From the human T2T-CHM13v2.0 reference genome, Homo sapiens, in the NCBI RefSeq assembly GCF_009914755.1, contig NC_060925.1: a stretch of DNA of 64,000 nt; one strand, written 5' to 3'. Position numbers and translations under genes: made by a program. The notes under the pieces are model-generated. The model saw only the letters and a list, made by a program, of their open reading frames with translations, did not search any database and was not told the DNA's origin. The number at the start of each line of letters is the position of its first letter. Position 1 is the stretch's first letter. Positions 27,294 to 41,000 of the stretch are shown here, piece by piece.

Positions 27294-29719
27294 GTTGTGT
27301 CCCCAGGTTAACACTAGCTTTTAAGCAGAGATTTGAATAGAAATTACCCAGCTCTATCTAAGAAAAAGACATTTGGGAAGACTACCACTCTTTTCCCTTG
27401 ATGACCATATAACGTCCTACCCCCTTCAGACTAAATATATCTCCGCTTCATTCACTCCTATACTAACTAGTAATATTTTCTAGATCAAAGGAAATAGATC
27501 ATAAAATAGAACACTCCCCATAATATTTGCTTACATTTCTAGATACTAATGTATTTTTAAATGAATATCAAGCAATCATTTAAATCAAGATAAGTAGACT
27601 TAAGATAAGTAGGAAAATGCTTCAAGTTTTAGAAAAAGTTTTACAGCAGTTGACTAATGATCAGTTACCATGACTCCAACCCACAGTTATGTGCTATCGA
27701 GAGTAAAGGAAATACAATTCCTAATTTTCAAAACTAGGGAGACTTGAGATCATTAGAAAATAGATGTGTGCAACCCAATAAATATGTACATTTTAAAGTA
27801 TGTGTTTTATTGAAAATAAAATAAAATTATATTCTTAGATTTAAAAAAGAAAATAGATGGATATTCACATGTACACAAGCACACACACATTAGGCAGCAT
27901 ATCAAAGTAGCCAAGTGTATGACGTACTTAACTCATTCAAATTCTGGTTCTGCAAACTACTGGTTATGTGCTCCAGTTTCCTCATCTAGGAAATGGGCAA
28001 AAATTACTGTCTATCTCATAAGATCACACAAGGATTTATTTGAGGAATTTATATGAGGATTAAGTGAAAATAAAATAAAAATCCATATAAAATGATTAGG
28101 ATAATATCAAGCACATTAACCACCCCCAACAACTGTTAGCTCTTTTATTAGTCAGCTATTTGTTCTAATAACTCTTGTTATATGAATTTAAATTCATATA
28201 TATTTAACAAGTGTTTACTAAGTACAGTACAATATTAAAGGTCCTGTGTCCAATGCCTGTTGCCAAAACTTTAACATACTGAGATATAATATGATGAAAA
28301 GCATTATACTGAATAACTTATCTGCTCTTTTGAAGATTTTTTCATGCATTTTGTAAGTAGGTATGGATATAGATACAGATGTATGTACAAATATATATTT
28401 GAATATATGCAACTACTTCTATCTAACCAAACACAATAGAAGCAAACACTGTTAACATTGCAAAGTTATCCGATGTACATATCTGATGATTTCATCACAC
28501 ACAAAAAGCTTACTTTGGACTACTACATTGGCTGCTTTCTTTCAAATTAAAAATACCTTCAGAGTCATATCAACAGATATTTTCAATTTAAGGGGGACAT
28601 ACTGATCAAATTCTTTTATTCATGTACTTATTCAACAATCCAATCATAAAGATTAATCACCAACTCTACATAAGGCACTGGCCAGTTTGAGAAACAGAAG
28701 TATTTATTGGTCTCATCTACAACCTAAAAGTAGGCTTTGTCTTCAGACTTTGTCTTCAACTATCTTGACAAAGGGTATTGCTAAAGATAACCTTAGAGAA
28801 CATCCTTTTTCTATCATTGCCTTGTATTACAGAATTTTGGTTTCTATTTTACTTTTGAAGCAATCATTCTTTGTTCTTTGTCAGTCTCTATTTTACATTT
28901 CTCCTCAGTCTTGTAGACACCAAACCACCACATTATTTCTCTTAGTCCTCACACCTAGTCTATGTTCATACTATCTTTCTGTCATCATATTCATGCAAAT
29001 ATTCTCCATTAACTGCCCAGGCCATATATTAGAAAACTGATTTTTGTGCAACAGATGGAACATAGTGATAAAATATGTTTCAGAGCAATAAATTATAATT
29101 AACCTTGGTTTTTTTGTTTTTGTTTTTGTTTTTGTTTTTCTGGTCCTGCCTGGAACCTAGTTCAGAACTATCCCTAAACTGCTTGTTTTCCCGAAATAGT
29201 AAATCCTGTGATAAACCAGATAGGACTCTTGTGGTTTATCTAGTTGCTTCAAGAAAAAATAAGGCCTTTAGTTTTCAAGAATAAATCAGGGACCCTACAT
29301 TTTAAAGTGTCTGAAAATATACCTTTAGCTAGTTCTTATATTCTGGCGTCAGTGGCATATTATTAATTATTTATTTAAGCCTTGAATGTCCTGGAAGTCT
29401 ATGAGATCACCCAGTAGAAATGAGATTCATGGTGTATTTGAAAAGTTTGGAAAAATCATAACTGATTGTTCATTCAGTTATTTGGAAGCTTTGTCTAGAG
29501 GAACTAAATTATAATTACACAATTTTTAAAAACAGATTATTTAATGAAGACTATTTACTTAAAAGGTATAAAGTCTAGTCAGTTCCACTCATATATTTAC
29601 AAACTCAATGTGAAATTATACAAATAACTAATTTTTATGTATATTCACTTTGCAAATATTTAATACATTAGAATAGCAATCGCGGCTAATAACAACATAG
29701 AGTAAGAAGAGCATTGGTA

Positions 29720-30700
29720 GGAAAATTGAAAAATAGTAGGGACTCTAGAAGACAGACATATAAATCAATGTGTGGCAGGTCTAGGAGAAAAGTCCCAAAG
29801 GAAGAAATCCTATGTAAATAGAGAAATGAAGAGCGAATAAGAAGTTGGCCAGGCTACAGCATGAGGAAAGAGCGGTGGAGGGGAAGTAGGGGTGGTCCTT
29901 CCATCACAGGAAAACATATGTGCAAAGAAAGGTCTGGAGTTGAAAAAGAAGTACAAATGTTGAGATAGTAATAAGACAAACTGGATTGAGAAATAACCAG
30001 GGGACTGATTATATAAGGCCTTTAGGCCAATTAAAAATTTTGGACTTAATACAAAGGGTAAGGAAACCATTCCTCCTGGCAACACTTTACATGTATCTTC
30101 TCATTATAATTATCAGTAGCATTCTCTTTTACTTTCAAAAGTATCTGAGTTATAATTTACATCAGTGGAAATCAGCGAGTGTTTGTCTGGGGTAGGGGGA
30201 GGAGTGGAATGAGGAATCAGAATGGATATTAAATAGATTAACCAGGAAGCAGCAGGAGGGGACTTCCTGGAGTGATAGATTAATACAAGGTATCTTGAAA
30301 AGAATATGGGTTACACAGTTGTATGCATATGTCAAAACTAATCTCATTGTATATTTAAGATCTGCATTTGACTACATCTAAATTATAGCTGAAAAATAAA
30401 TTAATAAATATCTCAGTTTGAACAATAAATCATATGGCTACCCTAAGAGAAATAAAGGCAATTTGAAGGGTTTAAAGCAAGGAAGGGATATGATTGGACT
30501 TCAATTTTAGCAAGATCACTCTGGCTATAGTGTGAGAAGGCTGAAAAGGGGCAAGACTAAATGCTGGGGGATCAGATATAAGGCTTTTACAGTAATTGAA
30601 GTGTATGGTGCTGGCCTGAAATAAGACAGCTGCAGCAAGAATGCAGAAACAGGCACAAAACTGAGATATACAGAGGAGTAAAAACGGAGACATACAAGAG
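29720..30700. mobile_element. L2 relic interrupted by an old L1M 3' fragment (about 30160-30400)
   Basis: L2-like motifs (gaagggtttaaagcaaggaagggatatgattggacttcaattttagcaagatcactctggcta). Confidence 0.55.
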
Positions 30701-31990
30701 GTAGCTGGATAAAATTTCTGGTGCTCCACAGAGAGAACCTGGTCTGGGACTCGCACTGATTAAAAGATATAAAAGCAGTAAGAGATATTAGTATTGTATT
30801 CTCCAATGTTACGAAAGATAAATATCCTTCTTCATATTTTTATACTCCCATCAATAAGCAACTTTATTATCATATTCTCAAGCATGAAATCACTAAATTT
30901 TCTCTTACAACGATGAAAACATATATCTTTATTTTCCTAACCACTTGTATCAAGACATAGGTTTTAATGTGTTCAACCACTTTTGATTTTATAATCACAA
31001 TATGTGATTGATTAGTTAGCAACCAGATCAATGGAGTTAGTGGTGAATCAGAAAGCTCTAGTTGTTACAGTTGGAAAGATCAGTTGGAACAAGTATGTCT
31101 CCAAAGTTTTTGCGGCTGTTTTCAACTTCGGAGGTGCCCTAGGGCCTAATCAGTGCCTGGCACATTACTCATGCTAAGAAAAAATCTGAACTCATGTAAA
31201 ACGACACCACTTTAGCACCATCAGAATCAATTTGCCCTGATAGACATTTCAAGTAATATGATTTAAAAGAGTCTGCATGCTTGCTTTATCTTCCTAATAA
31301 AGACAAGATAAAATAAATGCTTACTCTGTGCCAAGTTCTGACCTAAGCACTTAGCATACATTATCCCATTTAACCTTACAACAACCCATGTTTCATTCCC
31401 TTTTATGTGTGAAAAAAAATTAAATAGAGCGACTGAGAGGCTAAGTAGCTTGTCCAAAGTCAAACAGCTAGCAAATAATAGAGTTAGGATTTGAAAACAA
31501 AGCCTGAAGCTTCAAACCATTATGCCCCAACCCTATGTATTTTTTTACATTGTTTTCATCGAGATTGCAATCGATAATCAGCAGATGCCTAAATGTGATG
31601 CCTCCTTGATCCTTATACAATGTATATTATCCATATATATGAAGAGTTAAGATTATGCAATAAATACTTCAGAACCAAGGTTTAATCTGGTGTATAAAAA
31701 ATAAAGGGATGGGGTATGAAAGAATGGTAGGAGATGAGACAATATGTCATAACAAATGTGAGTCTTATCTGCCATAGATTGTTCTATTCCCTTGAAATTA
31801 TACCGTGAGGCCAAAAAAAGATGCTACTTATATCTCTGCTTATCTGTTACTACTAAGAATATCAGATTTACAGTAAAAGCATATATTTAACTCTTTTCAA
31901 GTAATAGACTTATAAATAAGAGCTTAAACTGATTCTCACAGATGAGCAAAACACCAAGTAATTAAATTTGAGGCATTTTATTTAAAATCT

Positions 31991-32316
<326 letters not shown>

Positions 32317-32796
32317 TCATATTGAGAACAAGAGTCATATCAGAACAAATAAATAATACTAGAATAACAGGCAGGATGAGATTAAGCAAGGTCAATAATA
32401 ATAGAGAAATATATGGTTGACAGACTATTTCATCTTAAGCTCAGGATTGGGAATCTGTAAATAAGACAAAGCTGTCTATACCTGGTGGTCAGATAAAGAC
32501 AAGTAACTTGGAAGGGAGACAACCTGGGGTCAGTTGTTATACTTTCAGCAATTTTATTCAGTAAACTTTGTTAGACTTCTTATAACTCCTTCAACTTAAA
32601 GCAGGAACTAAGTACTTAGCAAGTAAAATAAAATTATATTCAGGTTTTATTTAGTCAGCAAGGTGTACTAAAAAAAAATCAGGAATCTAGGAGATCCTAA
32701 TTATGTTCTGTATTTTTAGGTTATCTTAAATTACACAAGATTTTTCTTCTACAAAAATGCACATGCCCATTAATGTTATTTATGTATTCATTTTTT

Positions 32797-32895
32797 AAGG
32801 CTAGTCAAACGAAGTAGTGGAAGTAGAGAAGGAACAAAGAAATGTTAACTGATAGTGATCAATTAGTTGTAAGAACTACTGCACTCAGACCAGCC
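32797..32895 (-). ncRNA. Y RNA (hY3/RNY3) retro-pseudogene
   Basis: Minus strand GGCTGGTCTGAGTGCAGTAGTTCTTACAACTAATTGATCACTATCAGTTAACATTTCTTTGTTCCTTCTCTACTTCCACTACTTCGTTTGACTAGCCTT resembles hY3 over its full length, followed by an A-rich tail. Confidence 0.9.
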
Positions 32896-34019
32896 CCAAA
32901 ATTTAAAATCTGAAGTCCTAAGTGTTTTTTTTTTAATTGAGTGTTTCTTGAAATTCCAAATAGAAATATTGGGAGCTAATATTTTGCAAACTTATACTAC
33001 CTTATCCATTATAGAAGACCAACCTCTTGGAATAAAAATTTAGTTCACACTTCCTGCTGATGTAATCTTTGGCCTCTTGCTGAGTTTATAAGTGAAGATG
33101 CCAATTTTGTTCTTAGTTCTTATCATGTAGAATGCTTTCTACGATAAACTGAAATATGAATACCAGTTGTTTTTACATAACAGAAAGCCATCAAAGAGCC
33201 CTCACCAAATAGCAATGAGTTTTGATCACTCCAGTCTAGTCTGCTTTGGCACAAGAGAACTTAAAGAGAAAACACAATTTCCTAAGTCTCTTACAGAGGA
33301 TTTTACTCAATAAGGGAGGAACTATAAATAAAATTCCTTAATAAGCTTTCTCAGTTAAAAATAAATAATTCTCCTGAATAAATTATATCATGCCTTCTAC
33401 TTATTCTTACATTTTACGGAAATATATCATAAATAAGGGACAAAATAAAACAGGAATGACTAATTTATAAAAGCAGATTAAGGTAAATTCTGTAAAGTTA
33501 GACTTAACCTTAGATCAGCTAAAAAGAATAACTAAAATAGTTATTCCTTTCACTGAAAATGTCCTTGAAAGCATAATACATTCAACAAGTCTCTACCACA
33601 TTTTGCTACTGAGTTTTCTCAGCCTGCTGCCACTAGTAATCTCTAGTTTCTACATTTAGTAGCCCTTTTCCATTCTTTATCATATTTAACTTTTCTACAA
33701 TGTGTGACACCTCGCTCAATGACTTTAACATGTGTTTATTAAGAAATGTACTAAGAAATGTACTATGTATGAAACTAGGATTCAAAGATGAAAGTACTCT
33801 GCTCCTTAATCTAAGAAAACCAAGATGTTAGACTAATCTCCTCCCACTGAAAAGTATCTTCCTAGATATCTGTCTCTTTTTTTTTTTTTGTAACTCTCTT
33901 CCTATCTTTGTCATTTCTTTTCAGGCCGCTTCACAACTCCTTCTTCATATTGGTGTTCCCTCTGGACTCTGTATTCAGCTCTTACCTTTCCATGGGGAAT
34001 CTACTCTCACTGCTATACA

Positions 34020-34500
34020 CAACTGATAAAAGCTTGGGCTCTCCAGCCAGAATGCTAGGTTCAGAATCCAGTTCAACGACCTAACAGCTGTGTAAAATCG
34101 TTCATGCAACTTTTCCTCTCTTTGCTTCAATTTCCTATTCTGTGAAATAAAAGAGCTGTATTGAGGATTAGATAATTGATATGATACAAATAATGTTCAA
34201 TACAATGTCTAGCATGTTAAAATGCTTAGTAAATGGGAGTCTTTATTTCTGAAGCAGAATAGTATAAATAGTTGAGAACATGAACACAGAGTTCAGAATG
34301 CATTGACTCAAATCAATGTTCTGCCACTTAAAAGCCGTGGAACCTCAGGCGAGTGACATGGCCTCTCTGTGCCTCAGCTTTCTCATCTATAAAATAAGAT
34401 AACAACTAATAGCTACTTTGTGGTGTTACAGTGATAATTAGATGAATTTACAAGAGTAAAGTGCTTGGGGCAGCATTAGGTAAGGTTTTTCTAAGTATTA
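34020..34500. mobile_element. Two tandem MIR relics
   Basis: MIR core motifs (ctctctgtgcctcagctttctcatctataaaat). Other MIR-like pieces lie at about 9490-9640, 27920-28140, 31310-31520 and 52030-52240. Confidence 0.65.
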
Positions 34501-35847
34501 TCGATGCTTCCAATGTCTCCTCAGAGCTGCATATTTTTTCCATTTGCAACAACTGTTACTTTGATATTTTAACCAGAATGTTTGAAGAAATAAAACACAT
34601 TATGTCTAAGACTTATCTATTTATCTTCTTCAAAAATTTCTACTTTCCCTTAATTAGTAGCATCACCATTTATCTAATCTTCTAAGCAAGAAATTTCAGT
34701 AACTCTTTACTCTTCACTTTCTTCAAGATCTCTTAATAGATGCAGAAAGGCATTTGACAAAATTCAACACTTTTTCATAATAAAAAATCTCAACAAACTA
34801 CAAACAGGGTGAGACTATCTCAAAATAATGAAGGCCATATATGAAAAACTCACAGTTAACATTAGACTTAATAGTGAAAAACTGGAAGTCTTTCCTTAAG
34901 ATCAGAAACAAAGCCAAAATGCCTATTCTTACCACCTCTATTCAATATAGTACTGGAAGTCACAGTCAGAGCAATTCGGCAATAAAAAGAAATAAAGGGC
35001 ATCCAAATTAGAAAGGGAAAAGTAAAATTATTTCTGTTCACAGATGACATGACCTTATATGTAGAAAACCCTAAAGAGTGCATCAAAAATTTATTAGACA
35101 TACTAAACAAATTCAGAAAAATTTGTTGTAGGATATAAAAATCAACATACAAAATCAGCTGTGTCTGTATACAATAACATCAAACTATTTGAAAAGCAAA
35201 TTAAGAAAACAATCTCATTTACTATAAGATCAAAAAGAATAAAATACTTAGGAATAACATTGACCAAGGAAATGAAAGATTTGCAAATGAAAAACTATAA
35301 AACACTGATGAAATAAATTTTAAGAGACACAAATAAATAAAAAGACATCCCATGTTCATGAATTGGAAGACTTCAACATCATTACAATAGCCATAATACA
35401 TAAAGCAATCTACAGATTCAATGCAATCCCTATCAAAATCCCAATGGCATTTTTCATGGAAATAGAAAAAACAAACCTAAAATTCATATGGAACCACAAA
35501 GGACCCCAAATAGCTAAAACAATCTTGAGAAAGAAGAACAAAGGTGGAGGCTTCATATTTCCTGATTTCAAAGTATATTACAAAGCTACAGTAATTAAAA
35601 CAGTACGGTACTGGCAGAAAGACAGACATATAACCAATGGAACAAAATAGAGAGCTCAGAAATAAACCCATGCAAATATGTTCAACTAATTTTCAACAAG
35701 GGTACCAGGAACACACAATGAGGCAAGGATAGTCTCTTCAACAAACACTTGGGAAAACTGGATGTCTACATGTAAAAGAATGAAATTTGACCCTTATCTT
35801 ACACTATACACAAAAATCTATTCAAAATGGACAAAAGACCTAAGCAG

Positions 35848-38090
35848 CTTTTTGGCAAAGGGTTTGCCACCAGAATACAGGTGTCATGAAAACTACCCCT
35901 AAATCAAACCGAAAATGGGAAAGAAAAAGACTCATATCAACATCATCATCACTGGACATGTAGATTCATTCAAGTCCATTACTACTTGCCATCCAGTCTA
36001 TAAATGTGGTGGAATTGACCAAAGAACCATTAAAAAATGTGAGGACAAGACTGCTGAGATGGGAAAGGGGTCCTTCAGGTATGCCTGGGTCTTGGATAAA
36101 TTGAAAGCTGAGTTTGAGCATGGTATCACCACTGATATCTCCACATGGGAATCTGAGACCACCAAATACTACTATGTGACTATCATTGATGCCCCAGGAC
36201 ACAGAGAATTTACCAAAAACATGATTACAGAAACATTTATTATATTAGTCCATTTTCACACTGCTGATAAAGACATACCTGAGACTGGGTAATTTATAAA
36301 GAAAAGGAGGTTTAATGGACTCACAGTCCCATATGGCTGGGGAGGTCTCATAATCATGTTAGAAGGCGAGGGAGGAACAAAGTCATGTCTTACATGGCAG
36401 CAGGCAAAGAGAGAAAGAGAATAAAGTGAAAGGAGAACCTGTTATAAAACCATCAAATCTCGTGAGACTTACTCACTACCATGAACACAGTATGGGGGAG
36501 ACTGCCCCCACAATTCAATTATCTCTCACCAGGTCCCTCCCACAACATGTGGGAATTATGGGAGGTACAACTCAAGATGAGATTTGGGTGGAGACACAGA
36601 GACAAATCATGTCAATATCAAATTGACTGTGCTATCCTTACTGTTGCTGCTGGTGCTGATGAATCTGAACTTGGTATCTCCAAGAATGAGCAGACTCATG
36701 AGCATATCCCTCTGGCTTCCACATTGATTGTAAAACAACCAACTGTTCATGTTAACAAAACAGATTCCACCGAGTCACCCTACAGCCAGAAGAGATATGA
36801 GAAAATCATTAAGGAAATCAGCATCCATATTAAGAAAACTGGCTACGGACCTGCTACAGTAGCATTTGTGCCAATTTCTTTTTTATTTTAATCCATCCTT
36901 TATTAATTCAACAAAACTTAAGGAGTCTATTACCTACCAGGCACTATGCTTGGCACTGAGGTGCAGCAGTGAACAAGAAACAGTCCCTGCCATCAATGTT
37001 AGAATGGTGACAATATGCTGGAGTCAAGTGCTAACATACCTTGGCTCAAGAGATGGAAAGACACCTGTAAAGATGGCGATACCAGTGAAACCATGCTGCT
37101 TAAAGCTCTGAATTGCATCCTACCATCAATTCATTCAGTTGACAAGCTCTTGTGTCTGCCCCTACCTGATGTCTACAAATTGGTGATATTGGCATTGTCC
37201 CTTTGGGGCTAGTGGAGACTGCTATTCTCAAACCCAGCATGTGGTCTACTTTTGCACCAGTTAACACTACAACTGAAGTAGAGTCTGCTGAAATGCACCA
37301 AAAAGCTTTGAGTGAAGCTCTTCCTAAGGATAATGTGGGCTTCGATGTCAAGAATGTGTCTGTCAAAGATACTCGTCATGGCAATGTTGCTGGTGACAGC
37401 AAAAATGACTCACCAATGGAAGCAGCTGACTGCACTGCTCACATGATTATCTTGAGCCAACCAGGCCAAATAGGTTCTGGTTATCCTCCTATACTTGACT
37501 GTCACACAGCTTATGTTGCTTGCAAGTTTGCTTGATTGAAGCAAGATTGATTGCCACTCTGGTAAGAAGCTGGAAGGTGGCCCTAAATTCTTGAAATCTA
37601 GTGATGCTGCCATCGTTCAGATGGTTGCTGGAGTGTTGAGAGCTTCTCTGACCATCTCCCTCTTGGTCATTTTACTGTTCATAATATGAGACAGACAGTT
37701 GCTGTGGGTGTCTTCAAAGCAGTGGACAAGAGGGCTGCTAGAGTTGGGAAGGTCAGCAAGTCTGCCTGGAAAGTTCAGGAGGCTAAATGAATATTATCCC
37801 TAATACCTGCACCCTAGTTTTATTCAGTGGTTGAAGAACAGTCCCAGAAGTATTTGCCTGAATAGGCCATTTTAAGTTTAATAGTAAAAAACTGATTAAT
37901 GATAGCAATGCATTATAAAACCTTCCGAAGGAAAGGAGAACATTTTATGGAACATTTTTGGGTTTTTTTTGTGTGAGAGTTCTTAAGTTGTTAGTCTTTA
38001 AAATAATTACTTCTTAATGGAAATAACCTGACCAAAAAAAATCTGTCATAGAACTTTGAAACCCATTAAAATATATTTTAATGAAAAAAA
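35848..38090 (+). pseudogene. EEF1A1P32: EEF1A1 processed pseudogene, full length, antisense to DENND1B (probably EEF1A1P32; the number is from memory)
   Basis: Begins with the EEF1A1 5'TOP (CTTTTT..GGGTTTGCCACCAGAATACAGGTGTC); ATG at 35915 ([17 protein letters not shown]); intronless; many frameshifts and stops; GCTAAATGA stop at 37788-37790; 3'UTR; ATTAAA at 38065-38070; short A tail; degenerate TSD aaaagacctaagca / aatagacttaaaca. Confidence 0.95.
36241..36614 (-). mobile_element. THE1 (THE1C/D-like) MaLR solo LTR inside the EEF1A1 pseudogene
   Basis: tatattagtccattttcacactgctgataaagacatacctgagactggg ... gagatttgggtggagacacag..caaatcatgtca; interrupts EEF1A1 at MITG|TSQADCA. Confidence 0.88.
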
Positions 38091-41000
38091 TAGACTTAAA
38101 CATAAGACGTGAAAAGTGTAAAGCTCTTAGAAGAAAACATGGAAAAACTTTCATGACATTGGTCTTGGCAATAATTTCTTGGCTACAACACCAATCATGG
38201 ATATATGATACGGATGTTTATAAACATATGCACAGGCAACTAAGGCAAAAATAGACAAGTGGAATTACATCAAACTAAAAATCTTCTGCACCTCAAAGAA
38301 AACATCCTGAAGAGTGAAAGGCAACCTATAACATCTAAGAAAATATTTGCAAACCATACATATGATAAAGGGTTACTATCCAAAGCATATAAGGAACTCC
38401 TATAACTTAACAGCAAAAAAAAAAAAAAAGACCTGATCAAAAATTGATCAAAGGACTTAAACAGACATTTCTCCAAAGAAGTCATACGAATGGCTAAGAG
38501 TTATATGAAAACATGCTCAACATCACTAATTATGAAGGAAATGCAAATCACAGTTGGATATCATTTCACACCTGTGAGAATGCCCATTATCAACAACCAA
38601 ATAAACAAACAAACAAAGATAAGTGTTGGAGAGAGTGTAGAAAATTGGCACCCTTGTATACTGTTGGTGGGAATATCAAATGCTACAGCAGCTATGGAAA
38701 ACAGTTTCCCAAAAAATTAAAAATAGAACTACCACATGATCCAGCATTCCCACTCCTGGGTATTTATCCAAAATAACTGAAATCAGGATCATAAAGGGAT
38801 ATTTGCTCTTCCATGTTCTCTGTAGCATTACTCAGAATAGCAAAGATGTGGAAACATCCTACATGTCCATCAACAGATGAATGGATAGTGAAAATGTGTT
38901 ATATACATACAATGGAAAATTACTCAGCCTTAAAAAAAGAAAGAAAATCCTGTCATTTGCCACAACATGAATGAATCTGGAGAACATTACACTAAGTGAA
39001 ATAAGCCAGTCTCAAAAAGACAAATACTGCATGATTCCACTTAAATGAGACATCAAAAATAGTCAAACTCACAGAAGCAGAAAGTAGAATGCTGGTTGCC
39101 AGCCAGGGTCCGTGAGTAGAGAGAAATGGCAAGTTGCTGTTCAACAGGTACAAAGTTCAGTTATATAACATGAATAAGTTCTAGAGGTCTGATATACAAC
39201 ACTGTGCTTATAGTTAACAATACTGTACCATAAACTTAACAATTTGTTTATAGAGTAGATCTCATGTATCTGTGCCTCCACAATAAAAAAAAAAAAATCT
39301 CAAATCCATTCCCTTTCCCACTTTCTCTTTAAGCTTTCTCTAGTTGAGGTTCTCAACAGTTCTACTAAACAATTACCGTAGCCTTCTAACTAGTCTCTAT
39401 GTCTCCAACAGGCTCCTTTTATCCAATTCAAAGCACCTAAATCTAAAGTTACCTCTTTAAAATATAGATGTGATGTGGAAGCCTCCTAAATATATACCAT
39501 TTTATGGTTATTTCCTATTAGTCAATGCCAAAGCAGTTAGCATAGTATACAAAGTTCTTCATAATCTGACCAAACTACCTTTGTAGCCTCAGTATCAAGT
39601 TCCATAAATCCCACACTCCAACCACATGAAATTAGCAGTTATTTGAACAAGTTCTTGTGCTTAATTTAATATTTTGTTACTTCTTCCATTCCCTATGGCT
39701 CAAATTGGAGTTATCTGATGTTAATCTTCCTCCTTAATGCCCCATATCCTATAAATAATAACTCCACAGACAATCATGTAAAACTTCAGACTATTACAAT
39801 TTGCAATGCAAAACATATTAAATAATCCTAGCTGGTTATATCAAAAGGAGGAAGTGAAATATATTGTTTACCTCTTAAAAACCAAAATATTTACAAGGGT
39901 CATAGGGTATGATTATCAAATTATATTTTTCAGTATGGATTTAAAGACATAGGTTGGGGCCTATAAAAGCAGTTGTTCTTGGAGATTCTTTTCTTTCCCT
40001 AAACTTTGCCTGGTAAGTTCATCCACAGAAGTAAATTCCATACCATCATCCTCTTCCTGAACTCCAGTCAGAGGTTTCCTTCTACTTAGAAGATATTCCT
40101 ATTAGAATACCTGGCACATCCAAAATTAAAAACATCATCTTCCCTCAAAATATGATCCTCTTACCATATGCCTTATTTTTACATTTTCATGCTAACTTTT
40201 CCCTAATCTAACCTTTTGCAAACTTTAGAATCAGGGAACAACCTTTCCTTTATTAACACATCAATAACTAGTTAAAACCACATGAACTCTGTGTCTGCAT
40301 TTTACAAAAATGACCACTAGATTGCATTGTTGTCTGGTCAAATAGGCTAAGGATATAGCTGTATGTTACCACTTAGTACTAATTCACCAAGATAAGCTGC
40401 AATATTGTCACTTATCTAGAAAAATAAACATAAGTAAACATGTGACTGTGTGTTTAAATAATTGTTAAAAGGTAACAAAATAATTCATACTTTAAATAAA
40501 ACATTCACCATCACAGTTAGTTAAAATGCTTAAATTTAACAACCATGAAGTTAATTTTTGAAATTAGGTTCATTTAAAGGTGCCCAAATATTAAGCAAAT
40601 ATTGTATACTACTTAAAATATTTTTATGAAATATCATACCTAACATTATGTCTTTAAGATTTAAAATGTCTAAATATGTAAAGGTCTATTAAAATGCACA
40701 TAATTTATCTGAATCAAAATGAAAATATATCTAATAAGTAATACCATTCATCTGGACTCTTTTAGCTGTCTCTTAATATACAAATGCATTCCTTTTCTCC
40801 AAAACATGGCAGCTGGGAATGAAAGATTTCAAATTATCATTTTCACATCATATTCCATCATCTTTTCATCAGTTTCTCCTAGCTTTTCTTTGAGCTCCAT
40901 TCTTTTACAAGAGGTCTCTTTTTAGATCAGTCCATATTTCCATAATCCACACTGCTGTTTCCTCCTCTTCTCCCCAGGGTAGAATAACCCCCACATCCAG

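Larger units (their letters stand above)
34727..39298 (+). mobile_element. Old 5'-truncated L1 (L1MA-like, about L1MA8-10), split by the EEF1A1 retrocopy (L1 parts about 34727-35846 and 38091-39298)
   Basis: ORF2 RT/C-terminal remnants ([19 protein letters not shown]); L1 sequence resumes after the pseudogene; L1MA-type 3'UTR; AATAAA plus poly(A) at about 39282-39298. Confidence 0.88.

Noticed and set aside
35915-36292. 125-aa EEF1A1-like ORF as a functional protein
   Set aside because: The P-loop is degenerate ([10 protein letters not shown] versus GHVDSGKST), the ORF runs into an LTR, and downstream parts are frameshifted.
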